DNA of 63,304 bases, filler included. It is 6 parts of 6 records of this genome, joined end to end, with 100 filler letters (N's around TTAATTAATTAA, not from the genome) between each part and the next. Parts side by side here need not be neighbours in the genome. Positions count along the whole stretch, not along the records: positions 1 to 11,115 come from SRR2962707_964; 5 more parts are not named here. One strand, written 5' to 3'. A program made the translations under genes and the position numbers. The number at the start of each line of letters is the position of its first letter. Positions within the stretch are counted from its first letter, which is position 1. Of this stretch, positions 1 to 10,212 are shown piece after piece. The notes under the pieces are model-generated. The model had not been told where the DNA came from, did no database searches, and saw only the letters and a list, made by a program, of their open reading frames with translations.

Positions 1-1
1 G

Positions 2-523
2 ATCAATTTCGGCATCATCTACGGCATCTCGGCCTTTGGCCTCGCCAACCAGCTCAGCATCGAACGCTCGGAAGCCGGAGACTATATCCGCAAATATTTC
101 GAGCGCTTTCCGGGCATCAAGGACTACATGGAAGCCACCAAGGCGGAAGCCAAGGAGCATGGCTATGTGACCACCATTTTCGGCCGCCGTGCGCATTATC
201 CGGAAATCCGGTCTTCCAATCCGCAGGTTCGCGCCTTCAACGAGCGCGCCGCGATCAACGCGCCGATCCAGGGGTCGGCTGCCGACGTTATCCGCCGCGC
301 CATGGTGCGGATGGAACCGGCACTGGAGAAAGCCGGTGCCAACGCCCGGATGCTTCTGCAGGTGCACGATGAACTGATTTTCGAAGCGCCCGAGGGTGAC
401 GCCGAAAAGATCATTCCGCTGATCGTCGACGTAATGGAAAACGCCGCCATGCCGGCTGTCGACATGGCCGTGCCGCTGAAGGTCGACGCCCGCGCCGCGC
501 TGAATTGGGACGAGGCTCACTGA
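2..523 (+). CDS. polA: DNA polymerase I, C-terminal fragment (5'-truncated at window start)
   Basis: Frame from nt 2 reads INFGIIYG (motif B end), ERAAINAPIQGSAAD and LLQVHDELIFE (motif C); ends NWDEAH-stop. Confidence 0.96.
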   Translation: MNFGIIYGISAFGLANQLSIERSEAGDYIRKYFERFPGIKDYMEATKAEAKEHGYVTTIFGRRAHYPEIRSSNPQVRAFNERAAINAPIQGSAADVIRRAMVRMEPALEKAGANARMLLQVHDELIFEAPEGDAEKIIPLIVDVMENAAMPAVDMAVPLKVDARAALNWDEAH

Positions 524-663
524 AGCCACGCACCCTGCAAGTTCGGGACCGGCTGTACACGCACGGGTCACCAAAATGTGACGCTGCGACACATGGCGTT
601 TAATTGACGCCATCATGGCCCTGTGGTGTGTGGACATTACTTTGCCGCCTTAGGAGGAATGCC

Positions 664-1896
664 ATGTTGAAATCCCCGACCGTGCTTGCCTGCGCGCTGA
701 CTGCTGCGCTTGCTTTGACGCATGCGGTTCAAGCTGCGGATCCCAACCCACGCGACTGGGATGCGGTGTTGGAAGAGGCCAAGGGCCAGACCGTCTATTT
801 CAACGCCTGGGGCGGGTCTGAAAACATCAACAGCTATATCGACTGGGCCGGCGAGGCGCTGAAAGAGCGCTTCGGCGTCGAGGTGGTTCAAGTGAAACTC
901 GATGACACCGCCAATGCAGTGGCCAAGGTGCTGGCCGAGAAAGCCGCCGGCAAGGATGAGGGCGGCTCGGTCGATCTCATCTGGATCAATGGCGAGAACT
1001 TTGCCTCGATGAAGCGCCAGCAATTGCTGATGGCGCCGGACTGGACCACGGGACTGCCGAACTGGGCCTATGTCGATCACGAGAACAAGCCGACAATCCT
1101 GACCGATTTCACCATCCCCACAGACGGGCTCGAAAGCCCCTGGGGCGGGGCCAAGATGGTGTTCTTCCACGACACGGCCCGTACACCGGCTGACAGCGTG
1201 CCGCATTCCTCGGCAGAACTGCTCGAATGGACCCAGGCCAATCCCGGCCGCTTTTCCTACCCGCAGCCGCCGGATTTCGTCGGTTCGTCGTTCCTCAAGC
1301 AGGTGTTGATCGAAACCATCGGCGACAGATCCAAGCTGAGCCAACCGGTCACCGAAGCCAGCTTTGCTGAGGATGCGGCGCCGCTGTTTGACTATCTCGA
1401 CAAGCTGCATCCCAACCTGTGGCGCAGCGGCAAGGCCTATCCGCAGAACTATCCCGATATGAAGCAGAAGCTGGCCGATGGCGAACTCGACATCATCTTT
1501 GCCTTCAATCCATCGGAAGCCTCGGCGGGCATTGCAGCGGGCGAATTACCTGACACGGTTCGCTCTTTCACCTATGCAGACGGCACGCTGGGCAATACCC
1601 ATTTCGTCGCCATTCCCTACAATGCGGCTGCAAAGGCAGGCGCGCTGGTGCTGGCCAACTTCCTGATTTCGCCGGAAGCCCAGGCCCGCAAGCAGGATCC
1701 TTCTGTCTGGGGCGATCCGACCGTGCTGTCGATGGACAAGCTGTCTGATGAAGACCGTGCCGCCTTTGATGCGCTCGATCTCGGCATTGCCACGCTGAAG
1801 CCCGATGAACTGGGTCCGGCGCTGGATGAGCCACATCCGGACTGGATGGAGCATATCGAGGGCGAGTGGCTGAGGCGCTACGGCGCGGCCAACTGA
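664..1896 (+). CDS. ynjB: ABC transporter periplasmic substrate-binding protein, YnjB-like
   Basis: AGGAGG RBS before ATG 664; signal peptide ending AVQA; motifs GQTVYFNAWGG, VDLIWINGENF, GNTHFVAIPYNA and WGDPTVL typical of the YnjB family. Confidence 0.85.
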   Translation: MLKSPTVLACALTAALALTHAVQAADPNPRDWDAVLEEAKGQTVYFNAWGGSENINSYIDWAGEALKERFGVEVVQVKLDDTANAVAKVLAEKAAGKDEGGSVDLIWINGENFASMKRQQLLMAPDWTTGLPNWAYVDHENKPTILTDFTIPTDGLESPWGGAKMVFFHDTARTPADSVPHSSAELLEWTQANPGRFSYPQPPDFVGSSFLKQVLIETIGDRSKLSQPVTEASFAEDAAPLFDYLDKLHPNLWRSGKAYPQNYPDMKQKLADGELDIIFAFNPSEASAGIAAGELPDTVRSFTYADGTLGNTHFVAIPYNAAAKAGALVLANFLISPEAQARKQDPSVWGDPTVLSMDKLSDEDRAAFDALDLGIATLKPDELGPALDEPHPDWMEHIEGEWLRRYGAAN

Positions 1897-1929
1897 CCGG
1901 TATGGCCATCCAGAACGGACTCACCTGAC

Positions 1930-3624
1930 ATGACGGGCGGCGTACGCCTGGCGCGACTGGCGCCGCCGCTGACACTGGCGATCCTGCTCGGGCCACTGGC
2001 TTTCGGGCTGGCGGGAACCGCGCTTCCGGCGCTGGGCTATCTGCCGGAACTGGGTGGTGTGAGCTTCACCACCGCACATTTTTCGGCGCTGGCCGAGGTG
2101 CCAGGAATTCTCCGTTCGGCGGTTCTTTCGATCCTGATCGGACTGGTGACAACGCTGGTGTCACTCGGGGCTGTCGCAGCGTTTGTTGCCAGCGATCTGG
2201 GCACCTCCGGGTTTGCCCGGATGCGGCGGATGATTTCGCCGCTGCTGTCGGTGCCGCATGCGGCGGCTGCCTTCGGGCTGGCGTTTCTGATTGCCCCGTC
2301 GGGCATGTTGATGCGGCTGATTTCGCCCTGGCTCACCGGCTACGACCAGCCACCGGATCTGCTGATCGTCAATGACCCATTAGCGCTGTCGATGATGGCC
2401 GGACTTATCGTCAAGGAAATCCCGTTTCTGTTTCTGGTCACACTGGCCGCGCTGCCGCAAACCCGGCATGTCGAGACCATGCGGCTGGGACGGTCGCTGG
2501 GCTATGGCCGGATCGCCAGCTTCACCATCCTGCTCTGGCCGCCGCTTTACCGGCAGGTCCGGCTCGCGGTGTTTGCCGTGGTGGCGTACGCCAGTTCGGT
2601 GGTCGATGTGGCGCTGATTCTCGGGCCACATCTGCCGCCGACGCTTCCGGTGCGGCTGATCGACTGGATGAACGATCCGGATCTTGAGACCCGGTTTCTG
2701 GCGTCGGCCGGTGCGGTGGCCCAGCTCGGCGTGACGCTGATGGCGCTGATCGGCTGGATTGCGCTTGAGCGGATCGGTGCGGCGATGGTGAACCGCGCCC
2801 GCAATTGCGGCCACCGGATGCAGCGTGACAGGCTGGTGCGCGCCGGTGCCCGGCTGGTAATGATCGGCTCGGCGGCCGTGGTTTTCGGCGGGATTGCAGT
2901 GCTGGCGCTGTGGTCGGTTTCCGGCCTGTGGCAATTCCCGGACGCGCTTCCGGCCAATTTCAGCCTGAGAAGCTGGATGCAGGCGCTGCCGCGGATGAGC
3001 GGGCCGCTGGCGACGACGCTGGCTGTTGCCGGGCTGTCGACACTGATCGCGCTGGTGCTGACGATCCTGTGTCTGGAGCGCGAATATGAAACCGGGCGCG
3101 GCCGCAGCAATGGCGCGCTGCTGCTGATCTATCTGCCGCTGATCGTGCCGCAGATCTCGTTCATGTTCGGCCTGCAGGTGCTGTCGATCTGGCTCGGAGT
3201 GGATGCCAGTTTTTCAGCGCTGGTTCTAGCGCATCTGGTGTTCGTATTGCCTTATGTGTTCCTGTCACTGAGCGATCCCTGGCGGGCGCATGACCGCCGC
3301 CATGACCTGATTGCCGCAGGTCTCGGCATGAGCCGGACGCGGACGCTGATCCGGATCCGGATGCCGATGCTGACGCGAGCCATCCTGACGGCGGCGGCTG
3401 TCGGGTTTTCGGTCTCCGTCGGACAGTATCTGCCAACCGTGCTGATCGGCGCCGGACGCCTGACGACGGTGACCACAGAAGCCGTGGCGCTGGCGGCGGG
3501 CGGCAACCGGCGGGTCATCGGCGTCTACGCCTTCATGCAGACGCTGTTGCCGTTTCTGACTTTTGCCATTGCCACGGGATTGCCCGGCTTGGTATTCCGC
3601 AACCGGCGAGGCTTGCGGGTGTGA
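1930..3624 (+). CDS. ynjC: ABC transporter double permease, YnjC-like
   Basis: 564-aa hydrophobic protein with two permease halves (PLLSVPHAAAAFG, KEIPFL, SVGQYLPT) between the binding-protein and ATPase genes. Confidence 0.82.
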   Translation: MTGGVRLARLAPPLTLAILLGPLAFGLAGTALPALGYLPELGGVSFTTAHFSALAEVPGILRSAVLSILIGLVTTLVSLGAVAAFVASDLGTSGFARMRRMISPLLSVPHAAAAFGLAFLIAPSGMLMRLISPWLTGYDQPPDLLIVNDPLALSMMAGLIVKEIPFLFLVTLAALPQTRHVETMRLGRSLGYGRIASFTILLWPPLYRQVRLAVFAVVAYASSVVDVALILGPHLPPTLPVRLIDWMNDPDLETRFLASAGAVAQLGVTLMALIGWIALERIGAAMVNRARNCGHRMQRDRLVRAGARLVMIGSAAVVFGGIAVLALWSVSGLWQFPDALPANFSLRSWMQALPRMSGPLATTLAVAGLSTLIALVLTILCLEREYETGRGRSNGALLLIYLPLIVPQISFMFGLQVLSIWLGVDASFSALVLAHLVFVLPYVFLSLSDPWRAHDRRHDLIAAGLGMSRTRTLIRIRMPMLTRAILTAAAVGFSVSVGQYLPTVLIGAGRLTTVTTEAVALAAGGNRRVIGVYAFMQTLLPFLTFAIATGLPGLVFRNRRGLRV

Positions 3625-4283
3625 GATTGGACAGCATGAGCGACAATCAGGGACTTCGACTGGAGGCCGTGCATATCTGCCTCAGCGATCGCGTGCTTGT
3701 GATGCTCGACGCCACGGTCCGGCGCGGCGAAACACTGACCGTCATGGGGCCATCGGGGTCAGGCAAGTCGACGCTGCTGGCCTATCTTGGCGGGTTCCTC
3801 GACCCGGCTTTCACCGCCAGTGGTCGGGTGATCGTGGACGGGCTGGACCTGACCCGGCTTCCAGCGGAAAAACGCCACGCCGGAATTCTGTTTCAGGATC
3901 CGCTGCTGTTTCCGCATTTGAGCGTCGCCGACAACATCGCCATTGCCATTCCGGAAGATGTGCATGGCCGCAAGCAAAGGCGGGCTTTGGCAGATGAAGC
4001 CCTTGAAGATGCAGGCCTTGCGGAATTCGGTGACCGCGATCCGGATACGCTGTCGGGCGGGCAAAAGGCCCGCGTCGCGCTGCAGCGGGTGCTCATGTCG
4101 CGGCCTCGCCTCTTGCTGCTGGATGAGCCGTTTTCCAAACTCGATGCCGGTTTGCGCGAGCAGACCCGGCAGCTGGTGTTTGACCGGGCGCGCCGCGCCG
4201 GATTGCCGGTGGTGCTTGTCACCCATGACGAGGACGATGCTCACGCCGCTGGCGGACAGGTGCACAAGGTCGATCCGGCGTGA
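3621..4283 (+). CDS. ynjD: ABC transporter ATP-binding protein, YnjD-like
   Basis: Walker A GPSGSGKS, signature LSGGQ, Walker B LLLDEPF, H-loop VTHD; GTGA overlap with the permease stop. Confidence 0.88.
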   Translation: MRLDSMSDNQGLRLEAVHICLSDRVLVMLDATVRRGETLTVMGPSGSGKSTLLAYLGGFLDPAFTASGRVIVDGLDLTRLPAEKRHAGILFQDPLLFPHLSVADNIAIAIPEDVHGRKQRRALADEALEDAGLAEFGDRDPDTLSGGQKARVALQRVLMSRPRLLLLDEPFSKLDAGLREQTRQLVFDRARRAGLPVVLVTHDEDDAHAAGGQVHKVDPA

Positions 4284-6739
4284 GCGACATTGCCGCCCGC
4301 TATCAGGATCTGCCGGTTTCCGATGCGCTTTCCCCCTTGCGTGCTGCGCTCTCCAATGGCCCCAACGCCGTGCTGGCCGCGCCTCCGGGTGCAGGCAAGA
4401 CCACGCTGGTGCCGCTGGTGCTGGCAGAAGAGCCCTGGCTTACGGGCAAGATCATCCTGATCGAACCGCGCCGGCTGGCAGCGCGTGCCGCTGCACGGCG
4501 GATGGCGTCGATGCTGGGCGAAGAGGTCGGCGGAACCGTCGGTTACCGGATGCGGCTTGATACAAAGGTGTCTGCCAGAACCCGCATCGAGGTGGTAACC
4601 GAAGGCGTGTTCACCCGCATGGCGCTGTCATCGCCCGATCTCGAGGGCATAGATTGCGTGATCTTTGATGAATTTCACGAGCGCGCGCTGGAAGCCGATT
4701 TCGGTCTGGCGCTGGCGCTCGATATCCAGTCGGGCCTGCGCGAGGATCTGCGTATTCTGGTGATGTCGGCAACGCTGGATACAGCCCGGGTGGCAACGTT
4801 GCTTGCCGATTGCCCGGTGATCGAGAGCCTGGGGCGGAGCTATCCCGTCGATATCCGTCACATCGACAGGGCCGCAGGCATTCGCATTGAAGCAGCCATG
4901 ACAAGCGCCATCGAGGCGCTTCACCGCAGCGAAACCGGCTCGATCCTGGCGTTTTTGCCGGGTCAGGGCGAGATCCGGCAGGTCGCGTCTCGACTTGAGG
5001 GGAAACTCGGGCCGTTGACTGACATTCAGCCGCTTTTTGGCGGGCTGAGTTCGCAGGAGCAGGACGCGGCGATCAAGCCGTCGCCTGAAGGACGGCGCAA
5101 GGTGGTTCTGGCCACGCCGGTGGCGGAAAGCTCGATCACCATCGACGGGGTGCGCATCGTCATCGACAGCGGACTGGTGCGCCAACCGGTGTATGAGCCA
5201 TCGACCGGCATCACCCGGCTTGAAACCATCAAGGCTTCGCAGGCTTCCTCTGACCAGCGTGCCGGACGTGCCGGACGAACAGCACCAGGCATCGCCGTGC
5301 GGCTGTGGCGGGCCGAGCAGACCAAGGCCTTGCCCGCGTTTTCGACGCCGCAGGTGCTGGCGAGTGATCTCTCGGCCATGGTGCTCGACTGTCTGGCCTG
5401 GGGGGTCAAGGATCCGAGGGAGTTGCGGTTTATCGACCCGCCACCCGAGGCGGCGATAACCGAAGCCCGTGCGTTGCTTGAAAGCCTTGGCGCAATCGAC
5501 GCGGACGGCGGGTTGACCAATCGCGGCAAACGCATGCGGGCGCTGGCGCTGCCGCCGCGACTGGCCTCGATGGTGGTTTCGGGGCAGGAAGACGAGCACG
5601 GCTATGCGGCAGCCGAACTGGCGGTGTTGCTCACCGAGCAGGGTCTTGGCGGGCAGGATGCCGATCTGGAAACGCGATTGTCGCGATTTCGCTCTGACCG
5701 AACGCCCCGGGGCACGGCGGCGCGGGCGCTGGCAGCACGGCTCGCGGGCAGCAAACGGTCGTCAGAAACCGCCACTCCGGCAGCCGCGCTGCTGGTGCAT
5801 GCGTTTCCGGACCGGATTGCGCGGCAACGCGGCGCCCGAGGCAAGTTCGTGCTGGCCAATGGCCGCGGCGCAATGATTGACGAGACCGACCGGCTGGCAG
5901 GCGCGGACTTCCTGGTGATCGCCGACATGAGCGGCAAAGCACAGGCAGCGCGCATTCTCGCCGCGGCAGAATTGTCGGGCGAAACGCTGGACGAGGTTCT
6001 GGAAAGCCGGGCCGTGCAAAGCGAGGAGTGTGTGTTCGATGCGCAATCAGGCGCTGTGCGGGCGCGTCGGATCACTCGTCTGGGTGCCATTACTCTTACT
6101 GAAGCACCCCTTCCCAAGCCCGACGATGCGGCGGCGATGGAAGTCCTGTGTGGAGCAATCCGCAAGATCGGCGTCAAGGCGCTGCCATTTTCTGCTTCGG
6201 GCCTGCAATTGCGCGACCGGATCGGGTTCTTGCACAAGAGCCTCGGTGCGCCGTGGCCGGATGTGTCGGACCAAGCCCTGCTAGAGGAGCTGGAGACCTG
6301 GTTTGCTCCCTACCAACCCGGTGTGACTTCGCTGAAGGCGATTGACCGCGACGGTTTGAACGAAGGCTTGCTGTCGTTGTGCGGACACGGGGCCAGAAGT
6401 GAAATCACGCGACTGACCCCGTCGCATTATGAAGCGCCGACGGGATCGCGGGTGCCGATCCGCTATGACGAGGGCAGTCCGGTGGTGGCGATCCGCGTGC
6501 AGGAACTGTTCGGACAAACCCGCCACCCTGCCATTGCCGGCGGGCGGCTTCCGCTGACGCTGGAACTGCTGTCACCGGCGCACCGGCCGATCCAGACCAC
6601 GCGGGATCTTCCGGGTTTCTGGGCCGGATCATGGGCCGATGTGCGGGCCGAGATGCGCGGGCGATATCCACGCCACCCCTGGCCGGAAAACCCGGCGGAA
6701 GCGTCGCCGACCCACCGGGCCAAGCCGCGTGGTACATAG
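4280..6739 (+). CDS. hrpB: ATP-dependent helicase HrpB
   Basis: APPGAGKTT, DEFHER, MSAT, QRAGRAGR and C-terminal LLSPAHRPIQTTRDLPGFW...RGRYPRHPWP. Confidence 0.95.
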   Translation: MSDIAARYQDLPVSDALSPLRAALSNGPNAVLAAPPGAGKTTLVPLVLAEEPWLTGKIILIEPRRLAARAAARRMASMLGEEVGGTVGYRMRLDTKVSARTRIEVVTEGVFTRMALSSPDLEGIDCVIFDEFHERALEADFGLALALDIQSGLREDLRILVMSATLDTARVATLLADCPVIESLGRSYPVDIRHIDRAAGIRIEAAMTSAIEALHRSETGSILAFLPGQGEIRQVASRLEGKLGPLTDIQPLFGGLSSQEQDAAIKPSPEGRRKVVLATPVAESSITIDGVRIVIDSGLVRQPVYEPSTGITRLETIKASQASSDQRAGRAGRTAPGIAVRLWRAEQTKALPAFSTPQVLASDLSAMVLDCLAWGVKDPRELRFIDPPPEAAITEARALLESLGAIDADGGLTNRGKRMRALALPPRLASMVVSGQEDEHGYAAAELAVLLTEQGLGGQDADLETRLSRFRSDRTPRGTAARALAARLAGSKRSSETATPAAALLVHAFPDRIARQRGARGKFVLANGRGAMIDETDRLAGADFLVIADMSGKAQAARILAAAELSGETLDEVLESRAVQSEECVFDAQSGAVRARRITRLGAITLTEAPLPKPDDAAAMEVLCGAIRKIGVKALPFSASGLQLRDRIGFLHKSLGAPWPDVSDQALLEELETWFAPYQPGVTSLKAIDRDGLNEGLLSLCGHGARSEITRLTPSHYEAPTGSRVPIRYDEGSPVVAIRVQELFGQTRHPAIAGGRLPLTLELLSPAHRPIQTTRDLPGFWAGSWADVRAEMRGRYPRHPWPENPAEASPTHRAKPRGT

Positions 6740-6793
6740 GGCGCCGAGCAAACCAATTGCGGATTGGCTGAGTGATGCGTTAAGTCAGACAGC

Positions 6794-8113
6794 ATGACCG
6801 CTTTTCCTTCCTTCATTGAAGACCACTCGATCCGGCACCGGTTGCGGCTGCAGACGCTGACGCGGCTGAGATGGCTGGCGGTGATCGGCCAAAGCGTGAC
6901 AGTGCTGATCATCGCGCACGGCTACGGATTTGCCGTGCCGGAGCTTTTCTGTTTCGCGCTGATTGCCTGTTCGGCCTGGATGAACATCTTCCTGTCTGTC
7001 CGGTTCCCGGCGGCTCACCGGCTGCCGCCGCTCGGGGCAACGGGGGTTTTGTCCTTTGATGTTCTGCAGCTGTCCGGTCTGCTGTTCATGACCGGCGGGC
7101 TGGCCAATCCATTTTCGGTGCTGCTGTGCGTTCCGGTGATCATATCCTCGGCTTCACAACCGGTTCGCCACACCTTGAGCCTGGGTATCCTTTCGGTGGC
7201 TGCCGGCACACTTCTGGCGTTTTATTCGCTGCCGCTGCCCTGGTACCCCGGCAGCACTTTCGAAGTTCCGTTCCTGCTGATCGCCGGCGCCTGGATCGCC
7301 ATCGTCTCGACCATGGCCTTTGCGGCGTTTTATTCCTTCCAGGTCTCGGCGGAGGCCAATCAGCTGGCCGATGCGCTGGCGGCGACCGAACTGGTGTTGC
7401 AACGCGAACAGCACATTTCGGCTCTGGATGGTCTGGCGGCGGCAGCGGCGCATGAGCTGGGCACGCCGCTGGCGACCATTCAGCTGGTGGCGCGGGAAAT
7501 GGAAAAGGCGCTCATCGACGATCCGCGCTTTACCGATGATCTGATGCTGTTGCGCAGCCAGACGGAACGATGCCGTGACATCCTCAGGCGCCTGACCACG
7601 CTTTCGGCAGAAGACGAGGCGCATATGATGCGGCTGCCGCTGGCGTCGCTGATCGAGGAAGTGATCGCGCCACACCGGGAATTCGGCATCGCAATCGATG
7701 TGGTTCACACTCCGTCCGACATGCGCGACACCGTCGGACGGCGCAATCCGGCCATTCTGTTCGGGCTGGGCAACCTGATTGAAAATGCGGTTGATTTTGC
7801 CGAGAGCAGGGTCACCGTGACCGTCAGCCATGACCGCGACCGGGTGGACATCTCGATTGATGATGATGGCCCCGGCTTTGCCCCCGATGTGCTGACCCAG
7901 ATCGGGGTTCCGTTCATGAACCGGCGCAACCGGCTGGACCGGGAAAAAGGCGGCGGACTGGGACTTGGGCTCTTTATTGCCAAAACCCTGCTTGAACGCT
8001 CCGGGGCGGTTCTGGAGTTTTCCAACAAACCGCTGCCGGCGACCGGTGCGCATGTAAAAGTGAGCTGGCCAAGAGAGAAAATGGACCTGTTTGGCAGCGA
8101 TAAGACGATTTGA
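6794..8113 (+). CDS. regB: Redox-sensing histidine kinase, RegB/PrrB/ActS family
   Basis: N-terminal TM region with quinone-binding GGLANPF, H-box AAHELGTPL, redox Cys in ERCRDIL, NLIENAVDFA, GLGLGLFI. Confidence 0.93.
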   Translation: MTAFPSFIEDHSIRHRLRLQTLTRLRWLAVIGQSVTVLIIAHGYGFAVPELFCFALIACSAWMNIFLSVRFPAAHRLPPLGATGVLSFDVLQLSGLLFMTGGLANPFSVLLCVPVIISSASQPVRHTLSLGILSVAAGTLLAFYSLPLPWYPGSTFEVPFLLIAGAWIAIVSTMAFAAFYSFQVSAEANQLADALAATELVLQREQHISALDGLAAAAAHELGTPLATIQLVAREMEKALIDDPRFTDDLMLLRSQTERCRDILRRLTTLSAEDEAHMMRLPLASLIEEVIAPHREFGIAIDVVHTPSDMRDTVGRRNPAILFGLGNLIENAVDFAESRVTVTVSHDRDRVDISIDDDGPGFAPDVLTQIGVPFMNRRNRLDREKGGGLGLGLFIAKTLLERSGAVLEFSNKPLPATGAHVKVSWPREKMDLFGSDKTI

Positions 8114-8196
8114 AATGCGTTTGGAGCTGGATAATCTGGCAAAAGACATTAAATCGGGTGTGCAAACCCGCATTGCCAGCACCGGTGAGGTGAAAC

Positions 8197-8766
8197 ATGA
8201 CCGGCGATTCCGCCCAAACTACAGAAGCCGAGGCCATCGGGCCGGACGCAACGCTTCTGCTTGTCGATGATGACGCACCCTTTCTGCGCCGGCTCGCCCG
8301 CGCCATGGAAGCGCGTGGCTTTGCGGTGGATATTGCCGAAAGCGTGGCTGAAGGTCTGGCCAAGGCGCGCGCCAGAACACCGAAATATGCTGTTGTGGAC
8401 ATGCGGCTTCAGGACGGCAACGGACTGGATGTGATTGAAGCGATCCGCGAGCGTCGCGACGACACGCGCATCATCGTGCTGACCGGGTACGGCAACATTG
8501 CCACGGCGGTGACAGCGGTGAAGCTTGGGGCAATCGATTATCTGGCCAAGCCGGCTGATGCCGACGAGGTGTTTGCGGCCCTGACCCGCAAGCCTGGTGA
8601 ACGGGCCGAGGTACCCGAGAACCCGATGTCGGCTGACCGGGTGCGCTGGGAACACATTCAGCGGGTCTACGAGATGTGCGAGCGCAATGTCTCCGAGACC
8701 GCGCGACGGCTCAACATGCACCGGCGAACCCTGCAGCGTATCCTGGCAAAACGCGCGCCGCGCTGA
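8197..8766 (+). CDS. regA: Response regulator, RegA/PrrA/ActR family
   Basis: Receiver domain (LLVDDD, VVDMRL) followed by PENPMSADRVRWEHIQRVYE-NVSETARRLNMHRRTLQRIL HTH. Confidence 0.96.
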   Translation: MTGDSAQTTEAEAIGPDATLLLVDDDAPFLRRLARAMEARGFAVDIAESVAEGLAKARARTPKYAVVDMRLQDGNGLDVIEAIRERRDDTRIIVLTGYGNIATAVTAVKLGAIDYLAKPADADEVFAALTRKPGERAEVPENPMSADRVRWEHIQRVYEMCERNVSETARRLNMHRRTLQRILAKRAPR

Positions 8767-8797
8767 CCCCTCTTTGAAGTTTCAAGAGAATTCAACG

Positions 8798-9268
8798 TCA
8801 GCCCGCCGCCAGTTCGGCGAGCAGAAGACGGTCTGCCGCGGCGCGTGCAAACCGCAACAGCATTGCCTTGCGGGTTGCCGCCGCCAAGCGGTGTTCCGGT
8901 GCTTCGCGCAGCAGATGACCTGACCATTCGTCCGCGATGATCAGGCCGCATTCGGCGGGGAAGATATCGGCAGGCACTCCGGCGTGAGTCGCAAAGAACA
9001 GCCGGTCGCAGTGCTGACGGTAATCGGGCCACTTGCTGTCCGAACGGTAGTCTTCGATCGAGGATTTGATCTCGACGATCCAGATCTCGCCGGTCGGGCC
9101 GAGCGCTACCAGATCGGCGCGGCGGCCGGACGCGAGCGACAATTCAGGCACCATCGACAACCGCAGATCCGAGAAATACCGCTGGACGCCGCGGCGTACC
9201 AACAGCGCACGATCAGACTGGCGGCCGTCGACAAGCGGATTGTCGGAATGCGGGGAAATGATCGGCAT
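8798..9268 (-). CDS. mmcB: MmcB-family DNA repair protein (PD-(D/E)xK-like)
   Basis: ELSLASGRRADL...IVEIKSSIEDYRSDSKWPDYRQHCDRLFFA; usual position convergent with regA. Confidence 0.88.
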   Translation of the reverse strand: MPIISPHSDNPLVDGRQSDRALLVRRGVQRYFSDLRLSMVPELSLASGRRADLVALGPTGEIWIVEIKSSIEDYRSDSKWPDYRQHCDRLFFATHAGVPADIFPAECGLIIADEWSGHLLREAPEHRLAAATRKAMLLRFARAAADRLLLAELAAG

Positions 9269-9392
9269 CAGCTATACGTGCCACGGCATTTGTTCTATCG
9301 CAACGTCAGGTGTCGCTCATGTTGCAGAAAAACAATGAGCTCTGACAAAGCTTGAAGAATGTCTCAATTTTTCAGTCGAAACAGTTGCATAG

Positions 9393-9407
9393 TTAAGACT
9401 TAATTAA
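9393..9407. promoter_or_regulatory. Candidate CtrA-binding site (TTAA-N7-TTAA)
   Basis: TTAA-GACTTAA-TTAA in the AT-rich divergent intergenic region, about 70 nt upstream of the L,D-transpeptidase ATG. Confidence 0.55.
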
Positions 9408-9474
9408 AATAAACAGCATCACGTTGACCGCGGTACAATCCTGGCGGTTACGCCTCGCTTTCGGAAGTTTTCAA

Positions 9475-10122
9475 ATGACCCCTCGCTTTTCCCTTACCAT
9501 CGCCGGATTGATTGCGGCGCTTGCTCTTGCCGGTTGTTCTTCAAGCACTGAAGACAAAGGCTCTTCGCAGATCTTCACATCAGAGTACGGCTCGGTGACC
9601 GATGCCGGCTATTCGATCCCGGCTGTGCCAATCAGCAAGATCGACAAGCAGTTCCACCGCCAGATCGTCTCCTACTCCACCAAGGAAAAGGCCGGCACGA
9701 TCATCGTCGACACGCCCAACCGCTATCTCTACCTGGTGCTGCCGGGCAGAAAAGCCGTGCGCTACGGTATCGGTGTCGGCAAGGCCGGTTTTGCCTGGGA
9801 AGGCGAAGCCTATATCGCCTGGAAACAGGAATGGCCGACCTGGACACCGCCCAAGGAAATGATCAGCCGCAAGCCGGAACTGGCCAAATATGGCAAGGAT
9901 GGCATGAAGCCCGGCCTGAGCAACCCGCTCGGCGCCCGCGCGCTCTACCTGTTCAACCAGAAGGGCGAAGACACGCTGTTCCGCCTGCACGGCACACCTG
10001 AATGGAAGTCGATCGGGACCGCCGCTTCCTCTGGCTGCATCCGCCTGATGAACCAGGACATCATTGATCTTTATGATCGTGTGCGCCCCGGCAAATATGC
10101 CCGCGTGATCGTCAAGCAGTAA
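9475..10122 (+). CDS. L,D-transpeptidase (YkuD/ErfK family) lipoprotein
   Basis: Lipobox LALAGC; GTIIVDT, RYGIGVG, NPLGARALYL and catalytic RLHGT...ASSGCIRL. Confidence 0.92.
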   Translation: MTPRFSLTIAGLIAALALAGCSSSTEDKGSSQIFTSEYGSVTDAGYSIPAVPISKIDKQFHRQIVSYSTKEKAGTIIVDTPNRYLYLVLPGRKAVRYGIGVGKAGFAWEGEAYIAWKQEWPTWTPPKEMISRKPELAKYGKDGMKPGLSNPLGARALYLFNQKGEDTLFRLHGTPEWKSIGTAASSGCIRLMNQDIIDLYDRVRPGKYARVIVKQ

Positions 10123-10146
10123 GCCTCTTTCAGTTTCTGAATCAAT

Positions 10147-10180
10147 AAGCCCGCCCGGGTTGTTGCCTGGCGGGCTTTTT
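10147..10180. terminator. Rho-independent terminator between convergent ldt and glcB
   Basis: AAGCCCGCC...GGCGGGCTT inverted repeat followed by a T-tract on the + strand. Confidence 0.8.
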
Positions 10181-10212
10181 GATTGTCGCTCAGAGGCCGT
10201 GCCGGATGTGGC

